DNA from: Eledone cirrhosa
Lineage: Eukaryota
NCBI GenBank assembly: GCA_964016885.1
Contig: OZ024765.1
Coordinates: forward strand, 23,374,001 to 23,438,000
DNA: 64,000 nt
Direction of reading: 5' to 3'
Shown: positions 25,461 to 40,300 of the stretch, piece by piece
Layout of the letters: the number at the start of each line of letters is the position of its first letter
Position numbering within the stretch: the first letter of the stretch is position 1
Notes under the pieces: model-generated
Databases searched by the model: none
What the model saw: the letters and a program-made list of their open reading frames with translations, nothing else
What the model was told of the DNA's origin: nothing
Position numbers and translations under genes: made by a program

Positions 25461-26241
25461 CATTTTTAGGGAGAACCCTTTAGCAGCTAATAGTGGTATA
25501 AGCTCTCTGAACTTTTTCCATCCAGTTCTGACTCTAGCTACTGTACTTTCTGAGCACCCTCCTCCACTGCTGATTTTGTCACCCAGGTAACGAAAGCTGT
25601 CCACTATTTCTATAGAGCCCTCTGCGCAGTTGTAAGAGCTAGTATTTTGTGGGCACTTGCTGCTACTTATTGCACCAGAGCACCGGCCACATGTAAAATC
25701 TATGTTCTTAGTTAGCTTACCTGTGATCCCACTACATCTTTTATGCACCCATACTTTGCATTTGGGACATAAAATGGAGTTTCTACCTACGCCTTTCCTA
25801 CACACTGAGCATGGCCATTTCCCAGAAGTGACCGCCGCCTTATTTTCTTTCCTACAAACTAGAAGTTTAGTCTTAGCCAGGTTAATTTTAAGTCCTTTTG
25901 ATTCTAGGCCATGCTTCCATGTTTGGAATTTCTTCCCTAGCTCGGCCATTGATTCCGCTATGAGTGTCAGGTCGTCTGCGTATAGGAGTTCCCATGGGCA
26001 GCCGGTCTTGAACTCCTCTGTTATAGCCTGAACGGCAATAATAAATAGTAGGGGGCTGAGAACAGAGCCCTGATGGACGCCAACTTTTACGCTAAACTCT
26101 TCACTATGTTCGTTGTTAATTCTAACCTTGCTGACTGTTTCTTTATACATGGCTTGTATAGCACTCACAAGCCATTCATCAACACCTAGTTTTCTGAGAG
26201 ACCACCAGATAATGGAACGGGGGACTCTGTCTAAGGCTTTT
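25461..26241 (-). mobile_element. RTE family A internal RT fragment lacking both ends
   Basis: Runs from the KAFD-equivalent motif to GFSLKM; (TA)n at both junctions. Confidence 0.9.
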
Positions 26242-26538
26242 ATATATATATATATGTATATATATATGTATATGTATCTATATATATATATATATGTATA
26301 TGTATATATATATGTATATATATATGTATATGTATCTATATATATATATATGTATATGTATATATATATGTATATATATATATGTATATGTATATATATA
26401 TGTATATGTATATATATATGTATATGTATATATATATGTATATGTATATATATATATGTATATATATATATATGTTTATGTATATATATATATATCTATA
26501 TATATATATATATATATGTTTATGTATATATATATATC

Positions 26539-26631
<93 letters not shown>

Positions 26632-26675
26632 GTATATGTATATATATATATATGTATATGTATATGTATATATAT

Positions 26676-27427
<752 letters not shown>

Positions 27428-27431
<4 letters not shown>

Positions 27432-27609
27432 TTAATATAGATGAGATTCTACAGGACTAGAACTGTTTCATTCATTAGAAATCATCAGGAATCTAATGAA
27501 TGAAACAGTTCTAGTCCTGTAGAATCTCATCTATATTAAAACTGTTATACTCTGCTATGTATTGAGTACCTTACTTACTGTGGTTACCTCCGATTCAACC
27601 CGGAATAAC

Positions 27610-27610
<1 letters not shown>
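27428..27610 (-). mobile_element. Short non-coding HHR-bearing fold-back element (family 5)
   Basis: About 52-bp perfect inverted repeat (27428-27479 / 27492-27543) flanked by (TA)n. Confidence 0.7.
27444..27494 (-). ncRNA. Type I hammerhead ribozyme (family 5)
   Basis: AGATTC-CTGATGA-tTTC taat GAAt-GAAA-CAG ttctagtc CTG-TA-GAATCT; GUA triplet. Confidence 0.75.
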
Positions 27611-27690
<80 letters not shown>

Positions 27691-27700
27691 CATATATATA

Positions 27701-27773
<73 letters not shown>

Positions 27774-27775
<2 letters not shown>

Positions 27776-30700
27776 CATCATCACCATCATCATCACCGTT
27801 TTACGTCCGTTCTTCCACGCTAGCATGGGTTAGACGGGTTGTCCTGTTGTGGGCAGTGTCTGGTCGGCTGACCATGCCTTGCTCATACAGGAACTGATCT
27901 GGCTTGATTTCTACAGCTGGATGCCCTTCCTAACACCAACCTCATTTACAGTGAGTGCTGGGTGCTTTTTCGTGGCGCCTACACGTCCACTTTACAGTGT
28001 GGGCTGGGTGCTTTTTTGCCGTGGCACCTCCACGACCACCTTGCGGTGGGGGGGGGGGGGGCATATTGTTTATATGCTTCAGCATGTACCCATGGGAGGT
28101 CGGGTACCCTGTATTACTGCGTGACGCCAGAAGTCACGGTCGTGTGTCATTGACTTTGAGAGGTGTAGTTGGGTAAGGTCGGCTTTTATCACCTCATCCC
28201 AAGTCATCTTGGGTCTCCCCACTCCGCGGTTTCCATCAACTTCTAGTGCTCTGCACCTTTTTATGCAGCTGTCATCCTTCATACGCATCACATGTCCATA
28301 CCAGCGTAACCGCCTCTCCTGCACGCAGCATTTGATTCCTCTTATGCTCAGTCTCTCTCTCAATTCATTTATGCTTTGTCGTTCACGTATATTACTGTTA
28401 CACATCCATCGGAGCATGCAGGCTTCGTTTCTCTCTAATCTACGTAAGTCTTCCACCTTCAGCGCCCAGGTCTCACTACCATGCAACATCGCTGTTCGGA
28501 TACACGCATCATACAGTCTGCCTTTCATTCTGAGGGAGAAGCCTTTTGCAGCTAGCAGTGGTAGTAGTTCCCTAAACTTCTTCCATCCCGTTCTTACCCT
28601 AGTTATTGTACTTTCTGAGCACCCACCTCCATTGCTAATTCGGTCACCTAGGTAGCAGAAGCTGTCTACTGTTTCTACAGGGCCCACCCAGAGGTTGGTG
28701 GTACTTGTTTCCTGTGGCTGTTTGCTTGCTGTTTCAGCACAGCTGCTGCATGTGAATCCTACATTCTTAATTAAGCTTCCTGAGATCCCGCTACATCTCT
28801 TGTGTACCCATTGTTTGCATTTGGGGCAAAGAATGGAGTTCCTACCTACACCTTTCCTACATACTGAGCAAGGCCATTTCCCTGAGGGGATCTGGGTTCT
28901 GTTTTCTCGTCTACTTATAAGGACCTTAGTCTTTGTCATGTTGACTTTGAGGCCCTTTCTCTCTAGTCCCTGCTTCCAGGTTTGGAATTTATTCTCTAGT
29001 TCTACCATAGATTCAGCTATGAGTGCGAGGTCATCAGCATACAGGAGTTCCCATGGGCATCCGGTCTTAAACTCCTCCGTTATTGCCTGCAGGACTATGA
29101 TGAACAGGAGAGGGCTAAGAACAGAGCCCTGGTGGACCCCAACCTGTACGCTAAATTCCTCGCTATACTCATTGCCAATCCTAACTTTGCTGACTGCTCC
29201 CCTATACATGGCTTGTACCGCTTTCACAAGCCATTCATCTACTCCTAGTTTTCTAAGAGCCCACCAGATTACTGCACGTGGAACTCTGTCAAAGGCTTTC
29301 TCAAGGTCGACAAATGCCAAGTAGAGTGGCTTACTTTTAGCTAGGTACTTTTCCTGTAATTGCCTCACAAGGAAGAGCGCATCAGTGGTGCCTTTCCCTG
29401 GTACAAACCCAAATTGCATCTCGTCTATATTCACCCGGTCCCTAATCAGCTGTGCTATAACTCTTTCTGTTACTTTCATGACCTGGTCCATCAACTTTAT
29501 ACCTCTATAGTTTCCTCTATCTAGTGCATCGCCTTTACCTTTGTAGCAGTTGACAATGATGCTACTGCACCAATCTTTTGGTATGGCCCCCTCTAGTATT
29601 ACCTGGTTAACGATACGTGTGGTTATAGTGTGACCTACAGACCCAGATGCCTTCAGCATCTCGGCAGCTATACCCGATGGACCGGTTGCCTTCCCTATCT
29701 TCATATCTCTGATTGCCTTACTTACTACGCTGCCGCTGACTTGTACTGCTGGTCCCTCTATAGGGTCTACGTGGGGTAGGGTCTCTTCTTCCCATGCATT
29801 CTCCTCATTTAGTAATCTATCATAATGACTCTTCCATGCATCTTTCTTCTCAGCACTTGTGAGGGCAAGCTCACCTTTATCATTCCGGATACACTTCTCT
29901 CCAATGACATCACAACTATCTCTGACACACTGCCTCGCAATCTTGAATACCTCCTGTTTCTGGTCCTCACGTTGTAAAACATGCTTGAATTTTCTATCCT
30001 CTGCTTCCCTCCTAGCTAAGTATACTTGTCGCCTAGCTTCCCTCTTGGTCTCTATGTAATGTACCCTGCTCCCCCCGTTCTTCCATTCTTTCCATGCCTG
30101 TCTCTTGGCCTTGACTGCTTCATCTACCTTATTGTTCCACCACCAAGTCACTCTCCTCCTGCTTGAGGTCTTACTCCAGCCACAAACCTCATCCGTCGCC
30201 TCTAGTAAGTTATTTTTTAGGAACTCCCAGTTCTCTTCTACGTTAAATGTCTCTATCTGTTCTTCTTTACTGTCGTAGGCGTTGAGTAAAATATCTTTAA
30301 ATCTGTTACTGGTTGAGGGGACTTTCAGCTTCCAGATCTTTCTTCTCCAGGTTGGCCTCTGTTTCAGGGCTCGTCTAGTTCTGACCGTGAGGTCGCTGAC
30401 AACTAAGCTATGTTGGGATGTACATTCCTCACTAGGGAAGGCTTTTGTGTTTACGACCGTCCATCTGTCACGTCCTCTGATGAGGATAAAATCTAACTGA
30501 CTAGAGTGCTCCCCTGATCTATAGGTGATCAGGTGGTTGTCGGGTTTTTTAAAGTTTGTGTTACATATCGACATGTCATTGGCGTCGCAGAATTCTAGAA
30601 GTCTGAATCCTTCCTCATTCCTTGTGCCAACTCCATGGCCTCCATGTACTCTATTGAAGCTGTCGCAGTGTTTACCTACGTGTCCGTTAAAATCTCCTGC

Positions 30701-31529
30701 AATGATTAGGAAGTCCTTGTCGTCTGTTAGAGCAGTAGTGTGTATTAGGGACTCGTAAAACCTATCCTTAAGTTCGTCTGGCAGCCCCGATTGGGGTGCG
30801 TAAGCTGATATTATTGTGGTAATTGTCTTATTCAGGACTAGTCTGAGTTTAATGATTCTTGCATTTACCCTGTACACTGAGATTACTTTATCTACCCACT
30901 TGTCAGCTAATAGTATACCTAGACCACCCATCCCATCGTCATTTCCCACCCAGAAAAATTTGTAGCACTGGCTTTTTCCTACAAGGACTCTAGCAGACCC
31001 TCCTCTCCATCTAGTCTCTTGCACACAGCATACATCAACTTCCTTTCGCTCTAGCATTTCTACGATTTCTCCTGCTCTTCCTTTCATTGAGCCTACATTG
31101 ATGGTACCAACTCGGAGTTTTGGGCATTTGTCGACACTCGTAGGGGAGGGTCTCTGGGTTGGCGCTTCACGTGGGTGCTTGGTAGCTCGCAGATTCATAT
31201 TTCATCTATTGATTCAGAGTTGCTCGTGTATTCCCAGCTCATCCATCCATAACGGTGGGAAAATTGAGGGCTAGAAGGACAGTGGTGGTGGGGTAATGGC
31301 AGGGTGTGTTGGGATGCGCCAGAGGAGGAGAGAGTTAGTTAGGCAGGTAGTAGCAGCAGCAGCAGTGGAAATGGCATGCTAGGTTTGATTGGTCGAATAG
31401 ACTATGGTGGTGTGTGGGGGTGGGGGGGAGGGAAATTGTGAGGTAGGAACTGAGGGTCGCATGGTAAATATCCAAGTTAATACTACATCAGTAAAATTAA
31501 CAATAATAATGTCATGAAAAAAACTACTA
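27774..31529 (-). mobile_element. RTE-clade LINE family B, full or near-full length
   Basis: 5' UTR, intact ORF, 3' UTR, (GAT)n tail. Confidence 0.93.
28079..31198 (-). CDS. RTE ORF: APE endonuclease + reverse transcriptase with internal PHD-type finger (1039 aa, intact)
   Basis: CVQETRW, GDFNGH, DLEKAFD, YADD, C4HC3 finger. Confidence 0.95.
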   Translation of the reverse strand: MNLRATKHPREAPTQRPSPTSVDKCPKLRVGTINVGSMKGRAGEIVEMLERKEVDVCCVQETRWRGGSARVLVGKSQCYKFFWVGNDDGMGGLGILLADKWVDKVISVYRVNARIIKLRLVLNKTITTIISAYAPQSGLPDELKDRFYESLIHTTALTDDKDFLIIAGDFNGHVGKHCDSFNRVHGGHGVGTRNEEGFRLLEFCDANDMSICNTNFKKPDNHLITYRSGEHSSQLDFILIRGRDRWTVVNTKAFPSEECTSQHSLVVSDLTVRTRRALKQRPTWRRKIWKLKVPSTSNRFKDILLNAYDSKEEQIETFNVEENWEFLKNNLLEATDEVCGWSKTSSRRRVTWWWNNKVDEAVKAKRQAWKEWKNGGSRVHYIETKREARRQVYLARREAEDRKFKHVLQREDQKQEVFKIARQCVRDSCDVIGEKCIRNDKGELALTSAEKKDAWKSHYDRLLNEENAWEEETLPHVDPIEGPAVQVSGSVVSKAIRDMKIGKATGPSGIAAEMLKASGSVGHTITTRIVNQVILEGAIPKDWCSSIIVNCYKGKGDALDRGNYRGIKLMDQVMKVTERVIAQLIRDRVNIDEMQFGFVPGKGTTDALFLVRQLQEKYLAKSKPLYLAFVDLEKAFDRVPRAVIWWALRKLGVDEWLVKAVQAMYRGAVSKVRIGNEYSEEFSVQVGVHQGSVLSPLLFIIVLQAITEEFKTGCPWELLYADDLALIAESMVELENKFQTWKQGLERKGLKVNMTKTKVLISRRENRTQIPSGKWPCSVCRKGVGRNSILCPKCKQWVHKRCSGISGSLIKNVGFTCSSCAETASKQPQETSTTNLWVGPVETVDSFCYLGDRISNGGGCSESTITRVRTGWKKFRELLPLLAAKGFSLRMKGRLYDACIRTAMLHGSETWALKVEDLRRLERNEACMLRWMCNSNIRERQSINELRERLSIRGIKCCVQERRLRWYGHVMRMKDDSCIKRCRALEVDGNRGVGRPKMTWDEVIKADLTQLHLSKSMTHDRDFWRHAVIQGTRPPMGTC

Positions 31530-31558
31530 AGTAGCACCAACTGGTGACCTGACATATG

Positions 31559-31602
<44 letters not shown>

Positions 31603-31607
31603 CATAT

Positions 31608-32380
<773 letters not shown>

Positions 32381-32381
32381 C

Positions 32382-32884
32382 ATTATGAAGAGAGAAGAAA
32401 CATTTAGATATAATTCGTAATAAAATGTATCATACCTAAACTGCTCCTAAATTCCTCGACTACGTAGTTTCGTGGCATAAACAAAAACAATATATCATAA
32501 AGATATAGAGTTCTTGCGAGGTCTGCCGACTTATCAAGAGGATACCTCATTTTACTAGTCTCAAGAACGCGTCTACACGACGTGAGAAAGAATCCCAAAA
32601 GGCGGAGGGGGAGATAGTCACGCGATATAACGGTCGAGAAACAGAGCTAAGCCTCTTATAACCCCGAAGAAAATACCACGGAGGCGGAGGGGGTATTTAT
32701 ATCGAGGCCGTAGAAGAGGTGGTGAAGAAGGCGAGAAGTATGAGTAATGGAAGCTTTCCAGCTGTCCCCACACTTCAAAGATTGCTCGACCAGAGGGAGT
32801 TATTAACAATATATTTAGAAACACACAGATACATGCGGACACACACATATATACATGAATGCATCCGCACCCAACTGTGAGTTA
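32382..32884 (-). mobile_element. Non-coding HHR-bearing element (family 6)
   Basis: TA-flanked unique 500-bp segment with a variant HHR. Confidence 0.6.
32453..32542 (-). ncRNA. Type I hammerhead ribozyme with U3-A8 core covariation (family 6)
   Basis: TCCTC-TTGATAA-GTcGGCA...TGCCAC-GAAA-CTACGTAG-TC-GAGGA; palindromic stem III, GUC triplet. Confidence 0.7.
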
Positions 32885-32909
32885 TATATATATATATACA
32901 TATATATAC

Positions 32910-32969
<60 letters not shown>

Positions 32970-33009
32970 ATATATATATATACATATAAATATATATATA
33001 TATATACAC

Positions 33010-33056
<47 letters not shown>

Positions 33057-33077
33057 CATATATATATATATAAATAT

Positions 33078-33873
<796 letters not shown>

Positions 33874-33991
33874 CATATATATATGTATATATATATGTAT
33901 ATATATATGTATATATATACAAATATATATGTATATATGTATATATATATATATATATACATGTATATATATGTATATATATATATATATA

Positions 33992-36900
33992 TGTCTTGGG
34001 TATGACATTAAACTACATCCAGTGGCAAGGCTCCAGTTCGGGAGTTCAGGAGATGTGGGGAATATGGAGTTACCCCTTAGTTGTCATGACTCCCAGGTCT
34101 GCCCTGGCCCGGGGTGGTAGTACCTGTTAGGGCTCCATTTATGGGTTAAATAACTACCTTATTCGAGTGGCGCCGGTAAGGTATTGTCAGCCATTGAAAA
34201 GAAATATGGAGAGTCGATCTAACAGCACTAGGGTTAGAGCCCCTAATTACACTGTCAAGGAGCAGCCTGGTCGTTATGACTCTGCTGGCTTAGAGCCACA
34301 GAGAGGGCCAGTGGATGATGGATCAGCTGTCTCTGAGACAAATATAAAGAATGTAGTTTTGTCCTGCAGAAGAGCCATCAAAATGGGCACTTTGAATGTG
34401 AGGACTATTCGAACGCTGGAGAAGAGAGAGGAGTTGGGACATCTGTTCGAGGAGAGTGGTATACAGATACTTGCGATCCAAGAACACAGGATTCTACACG
34501 ATGAGCCCGTGAGGAGTGTGATGATCGGGAGGAAGAGCCAGCTCATCACTACATCGGCAGTGAAGAACACAACAAATGCTGCAGTAGGAGGAGTGGGTTT
34601 TGTGTTCAGTGCAAAAACCAATCTGTTGGTGAGGGAAATAATGCCTATCTCCCCGCGAGTGTTGAGGGTGACCTTCAATGGAAACCCAAGACTGACAGTC
34701 ATCTCAGCCTATAGTCCAACCGAGGGGGACAGTGATGTGAATGCCGAGGAGTTCCATGAGGAAGTGTGTAGAGCTGTCAACACCACTCAGGCACACAATA
34801 TCCTGCTTGTTTTGGGGGACTTCAATGCACATCTGAGTAAGGAGGGCAGTGAAGATCCTTGCTGGTACTTCCATAACAACACCAACCGAAATGGAAGACT
34901 ACTGAGAGACACCCTGCTGGAGGCGAACTTGATGGCGACCAACCTAAGGTTTAGGAAGAATCTGGGGAAGATGTGGACCTACATCTCAGATGTGCACCTG
35001 TCCAAGTCCCAGATTGATTTCATTCTGGTGAGGAAAAAGTGGCGGAATAGTGTTCTGAACACGGAACCATACAGCTATTTCAGTACACTGGGTAGTGACC
35101 ACCGGCTTGTTATGAGTGAGGTCCGCGTGAGCTTAAGAAAGAGCAAGGCTCAGCCCCGGAGAACAATCTATGACTGGGGAGCTTTCAAGGAAGATGATAA
35201 GCTACAGGAGAGGTTCACAGTGGAAGTGAGAAACAGGTTTAGTGCTCTGTGTGGAGAGTCAGAGGAGAGAGAGATTGGATGGACTGAGGAGAGTGTGACG
35301 AGGAGGTACGGGCACTTCACCAATGCAGTGGCGAAAGCAAGTGAAACCCTGGTGCCGAGGAAAAAGAACAAAGGGAAGCACGTCAGCTCTGCAGACCCAA
35401 AAGTGTGTGCAGCCAGAGAACACCTGAAAGCTGCCAGGGACCAATTCTATGCTGATCCTACGGAGGAGAGGATGGAGACTGTGGAGGTGATGAGGGAAGA
35501 GCTCTGTACCGCTTACACTGAGGTCAGAGAGGAGGCACTGATAGAGAAGATCAGAAGTGTGGAGAGAGCGGTTGACAGATCTGGATGTAAGGAGAGCTGG
35601 ATGATCATCAACGAGATCACAGGGAGGAAGAAAAGGTGTTCGAGTCAGATCCAGGGAACGGGGCCCGAGGATAGGAAGAGGAAATGGCTAGACCATTTTA
35701 GGACCCTACTAGGAGAGCCACCCTCCACAGCCCAGAGCACTGGGGAGATCAGGCGGCTGTTGAGACAGAGCCCTTCACCAGAGAGGAGCTTCAGAGAGCC
35801 AAGAAGAAGATCAAGGAGGGCAAGGCTCATGGAGAAGATGGAGTAGCATCAGAGGTGATGAAGTGGTGTGATTTTGATGATATCATCCTGGGGTTCTGTA
35901 ACGGGGCACTGGAGAAAGGAGTTGCCCCGAATCAGTGGAGGATCAGTAACATCGTCCCAGTGCCAAAGAAGGGAGATCTCTCTAACACCAACAACTACCG
36001 GGGGATCTCACTGACGTCACTTGTGGCAAAGACCCTCAACAGGATGATTCTTAACAGGATCCAGCCTGAGATGGAGAAGAAGCTCAGGGACAACCAGAAC
36101 GGCTTCAGAGAGGGTAGATCAACCACCAGTCACATCCTGATGCTGAGGAGGATATTAGAGGGAGCTAGAGCAAAGTGCCTTCCTGCGGTCATGGTTTTCA
36201 TTGACTTTAGGAAGGCCTTTGATTCTGTGGACCGTTACTGCCTGATGAAGATCTTACAGGCTTATGGAATCCCCAAGAGGATAGTGGACCTGATATCACT
36301 GCTCTACACCAACACCAAAGCCCAAGTCATTACACCTGATGGGATGACAGAGTTCTTTGAGATACTGGCTGGAGTGCTCCAGGGAGATACATTGGCTCCC
36401 TACCTTTTTATCATCGTAGTGGACTATTGTATGCGCCTTGCACTGGAGAAACACCAGGACTCTGGCTTTACTGTAGCACCGGCTCAGAGCAGGAGAGTTG
36501 GGGCGAAAAAGGTATCGGATGCTGAATTTGCCGACGACATAGTTTTGGTGACAAATACAGTGAAGGAGGCAGAGGATTTGATGCGGGAGGTTGAGACTGT
36601 GTCGATGAGTGTGGGGCTGAGAATGAATGAGACTAAAACAAAATATCTGGTAGAGAATGTTGAGAAGCCAGAGGGGATCACTAATGTAGGCGGGAAGCCG
36701 CTGGAATTGGTTGAGGACTTCCTGTATTTGGGAGCAAAGATTGGGAATACGGAAGATGATGTGGTTGAGAGGAAGAGCAAGGCCTGGGCAGCGTGCCACA
36801 GCTTGAGATCGGTGTGGAAGTCGGACCTTCGTAGAGACCTGAAAATCCGCCTCTTCATTGCTGTAGTGGAGTCTGTGCTGCTGTATGGGTCTGAGACTTG

Positions 36901-37292
36901 GACACTGACCAAGAGACTCACTCAGATGGTGGATGGGTGCTACACGAGAATGCTGAGGATGGCTCTGAACATTAATCAGTATACACTGAGGATGAAAAAC
37001 TCAGAGCTGTATGGGAGCCTCCCAAAAGTCAGCTCAAAAGTGACACAGAGGAGACTGAGGTTGGCTGGACATGCTCACCGACATCCAGAGTTGACATTGC
37101 ACTCCGTGCTCCTTTGGGAGCCCCTACATGGACACACTGGAAGAGGAAGACCAAGGTTAACATATGTTGATGCCCTAAGGACAGACACTGGTCTGTTGGA
37201 GACGCAGGACATGGCAGCGATAATGAGGGACAGAGACCGCTGGAGAGAACTCGTCCATGGATCTCGGGAATTTTACCCGCCTTAGATAGATA
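33992..37292 (+). mobile_element. Third RTE-clade LINE family (C), near full length
   Basis: 5' UTR, EN-RT coding region, almost no 3' UTR, short TAGA tail running into TA tract. Confidence 0.88.
34206..37285 (+). pseudogene. RTE-C APE-RT ORF split by one frameshift near 35755
   Basis: GTLNV, AIQEH, GDFNA, QIDFIL, SDH in the first frame; EPFTREEL..GKAHGEDG continues in the second frame to DFRKAFD, GVLQGD, FADD. Confidence 0.9.
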
Positions 37293-37344
37293 TATATATA
37301 TGTATATGTAAACATATATATATATGTATATATATATATGTATA

Positions 37345-40300
37345 TGCAAATTCACCCATTTACCTAGGACAAAACGATCTATCCCCACAAACAGCCACCA
37401 CCATAATACATACTCTAATTTAACACCAACACAACCACCAATAACTCAAACAAGGAATCCACAAATCTGCCGCTTTTCCCTGCGAGACAGATTGTGTTTA
37501 GACCGGGATTGTCCCTTTACCCATCTCCCGGGGAACCGTCGGACAAATGAAAATAAAATTAAAAATAAAAGCAAAAACAAAAACCATAACCTACATAAAA
37601 ATAACCACTACCACAGTCACCAACAGTCTTCTAAACAGGAAACTTCTTCCTCTTTTTTAGCCATAATGAATCTGGCAAAAGAACTGGAAAAAAACATTCG
37701 AGCTATCACCCAGCACCACCCTCCACTATCACCCCACTGCACAAACTCCCATTGCTGCCATTAACAAACAAACAAATTAACAACACACCAAAACAATTAA
37801 AACCATCCACTCTCGCCTCTACATTTTTGCTTAACGCCCAAGGCATCAGCCCTTCCACCAATACTCAAAAATGGAAGATCAAATTCCTGGAGGACTGGAT
37901 TGATGTCCATCCAAACCACATCCCTTTCTTCGTCCTCACTGAAACCCATCTCAGTAACCTCCACTTGGAAGCCGAGGTGAAAGTGAAAAATTTCAAAGCC
38001 ATCCGTGCTGATCGCGCTGGCAGAAGAAAGGGCGGGACTGCCATTTATGTCCATAATTCTTTCTCAACAGAGGCTATGAACATATTCACTAATGGATACT
38101 GTGAAGCAGTCACTGTATTCAGTCAAACCAACAACCTATTAGTAGTTGGGCTCTATAGGCCACCCCAAACGCCTGTACCATGCTTCAAGGAATGCCTCAA
38201 CAGCATAAAGTGTTTCATCCAAGAGTGTCACCCTGACAACATCTTAATGATGGGGGACTTCAACCTCCCCGGAGTTGACTGGTCCACAAACAGCCTGCCA
38301 CCAGGTTCTTCTGCCTCAACCCCTGACAGGGAAGCTGTGGAATCGCTTCTTGACTTCATGGATGATTTCTTCCTATCCCAACTGGTGCTCGAACCAACGA
38401 GGTGCCACAAAAACGTCCTAGACTTAATTTTCAGCAATCACACTGACAATATCCACAATATTGCAGTGGAGAAAACTCTACTCTCTGATCATGACATGGT
38501 TCTCTGTGATCTGAGATTCCACCGTCCAATATACAAACCCAATGTCATCTCTCCTGTCCATCCGTTTGACGCTATGGATTTCCACAATGCAAACTGGGAA
38601 GCGATCAGTCATGATCTTGCACATGTCGACTGGTCCTTCACGCACACTCATACACCCACTAACATCAAAAAGTCCTGGCAGACATTTGTGGACGCTGTTA
38701 CAAACATATGTGCTAAACACACCCCATTAAGAACTATAAACAAATCTAAGAGCAGAATCCCTAGAAATAGAAAAACGCTCATCAGAAAAATTAAGAGAAC
38801 GAACAAAAAAATCAACAAGCTGAAATACTGTCAGCAGCAACACATCAACTTGACTGCCATTTCATCACTAGAGATTAAAAAACATAACCTCCAAAACAAC
38901 ATAATGTCCCTCATCAACAATCAGAGAAGAGCTGAAGAGGCCTGGGCCATTGAGAAGATCAAACTCAATCCCAAAGTGTTCTTTTCATTTGCAAAAAAAC
39001 ACAAAATCACTGGCTCTACTGTTGGCCCTCTAATTGATGAAAATGGCACTCTTCAAGACAATGCTAAAACCATGGGTGAGATACTGCAGAAACAATACTG
39101 CTCTGTTTTCAGCAATCCTGATATGGCCGATCTGGGCTGTATCGGCGATGTTACTCCCCATTACACCTTATCGGACATAACGTTTGGCGCCCCTGATGTC
39201 TTGGCGGCAATAAAGGAAATCAAGCATAATTCAGCAGTAGGTCCCGATAGGTTCCCTGCTTGTGTCTTGAAGGCGTGTCAACACCAACTTGCATCTCCTC
39301 TTGCCAATCTGTGGCGGAACTCACTGGATGCTGGATATGTGCCAGAAAACCTTCTATCCCAGTCTGTTGTCCCAGTTTTCAAAAAGGGAAACAAATCCCT
39401 TGCCGTGAATTACCGTCCAATCTCACTCACCTCTCATATCATTAAGGTATTTGAGCGAGTGGTGAGATCGCGAATGACCCACTTCCTTGAGAGTAACAAT
39501 ATGCTGAACTCCAACCAGCATGGATTCCGTAATGGAAGGGATTGCCTGACGCAGCTACTGCATCACTTTGATGACATTTTGAGAGCCTTGGGAGAGGGTT
39601 CCAACACTGATGTTATCTACCTTGATTTCAGCAAGGCCTTTGACAGGGTTGATCATAACATTCTACTGAGAAAGCTGTCCAATATTGGTGTCACTGGAAA
39701 GCTGCTGCAGTGGATCAAGAGCTTCCTGTCAAACAGAACCCAACATGTTGTAGTTGAGGGAGTCAAATCAAGCCCAGCCAAAGTCAGTAGTGGGGTCCCA
39801 CAAGGCACTGTGTTGGGCCCACTTCTCTTCATCATCTATATTAATGACATCACTGACATCATCAAACACAGCAACATTAAAATTTTCGCTGATGATTCCA
39901 AGCTCCAAAAGGTCATCAATGGCGTGGATGACCGGATAAGCCTTCAGTCAGACCTACTGGCTGTTACCCAAAGGGCAGAAAAGAACAACATGTTACTGAA
40001 CGAAGACAAATTCGAACTGATCCACTTTGGAAAAGAGGGTGCTCTGAAACTCCCGTACTCCCTTCCCTCCGGGGAAACTCTCGTGGCATCTAACAACATC
40101 AGAGACTTGGGAGTAACCGTGGACAGCAACATAAGCTGGACCACGCATATAAGCAGCAAAGTTGACATGGCCCGCAGAATGTGTTCCTGGATCCTCAGAA
40201 CCTTCCAGTCGAGAGATTCCCGCACCATTATCCTTCTCTTCTCTACTTTTGCCCGACCACACCTTGAATACTGTTGTCCACTGTGGTCTCCCCACACGAA

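Noticed and set aside
32603-32695. Twister-like GGCGGAGGGGG motifs
   Set aside because: The matching 5' strand and the P4 loop motif were not found.
33992-34205. HDV-like ribozyme in the RTE-C 5' UTR
   Set aside because: GGCTCCA/TGGAGTT could form P1, but I could not build the P1.1, P2 and P3 topology by eye; needs a descriptor search.
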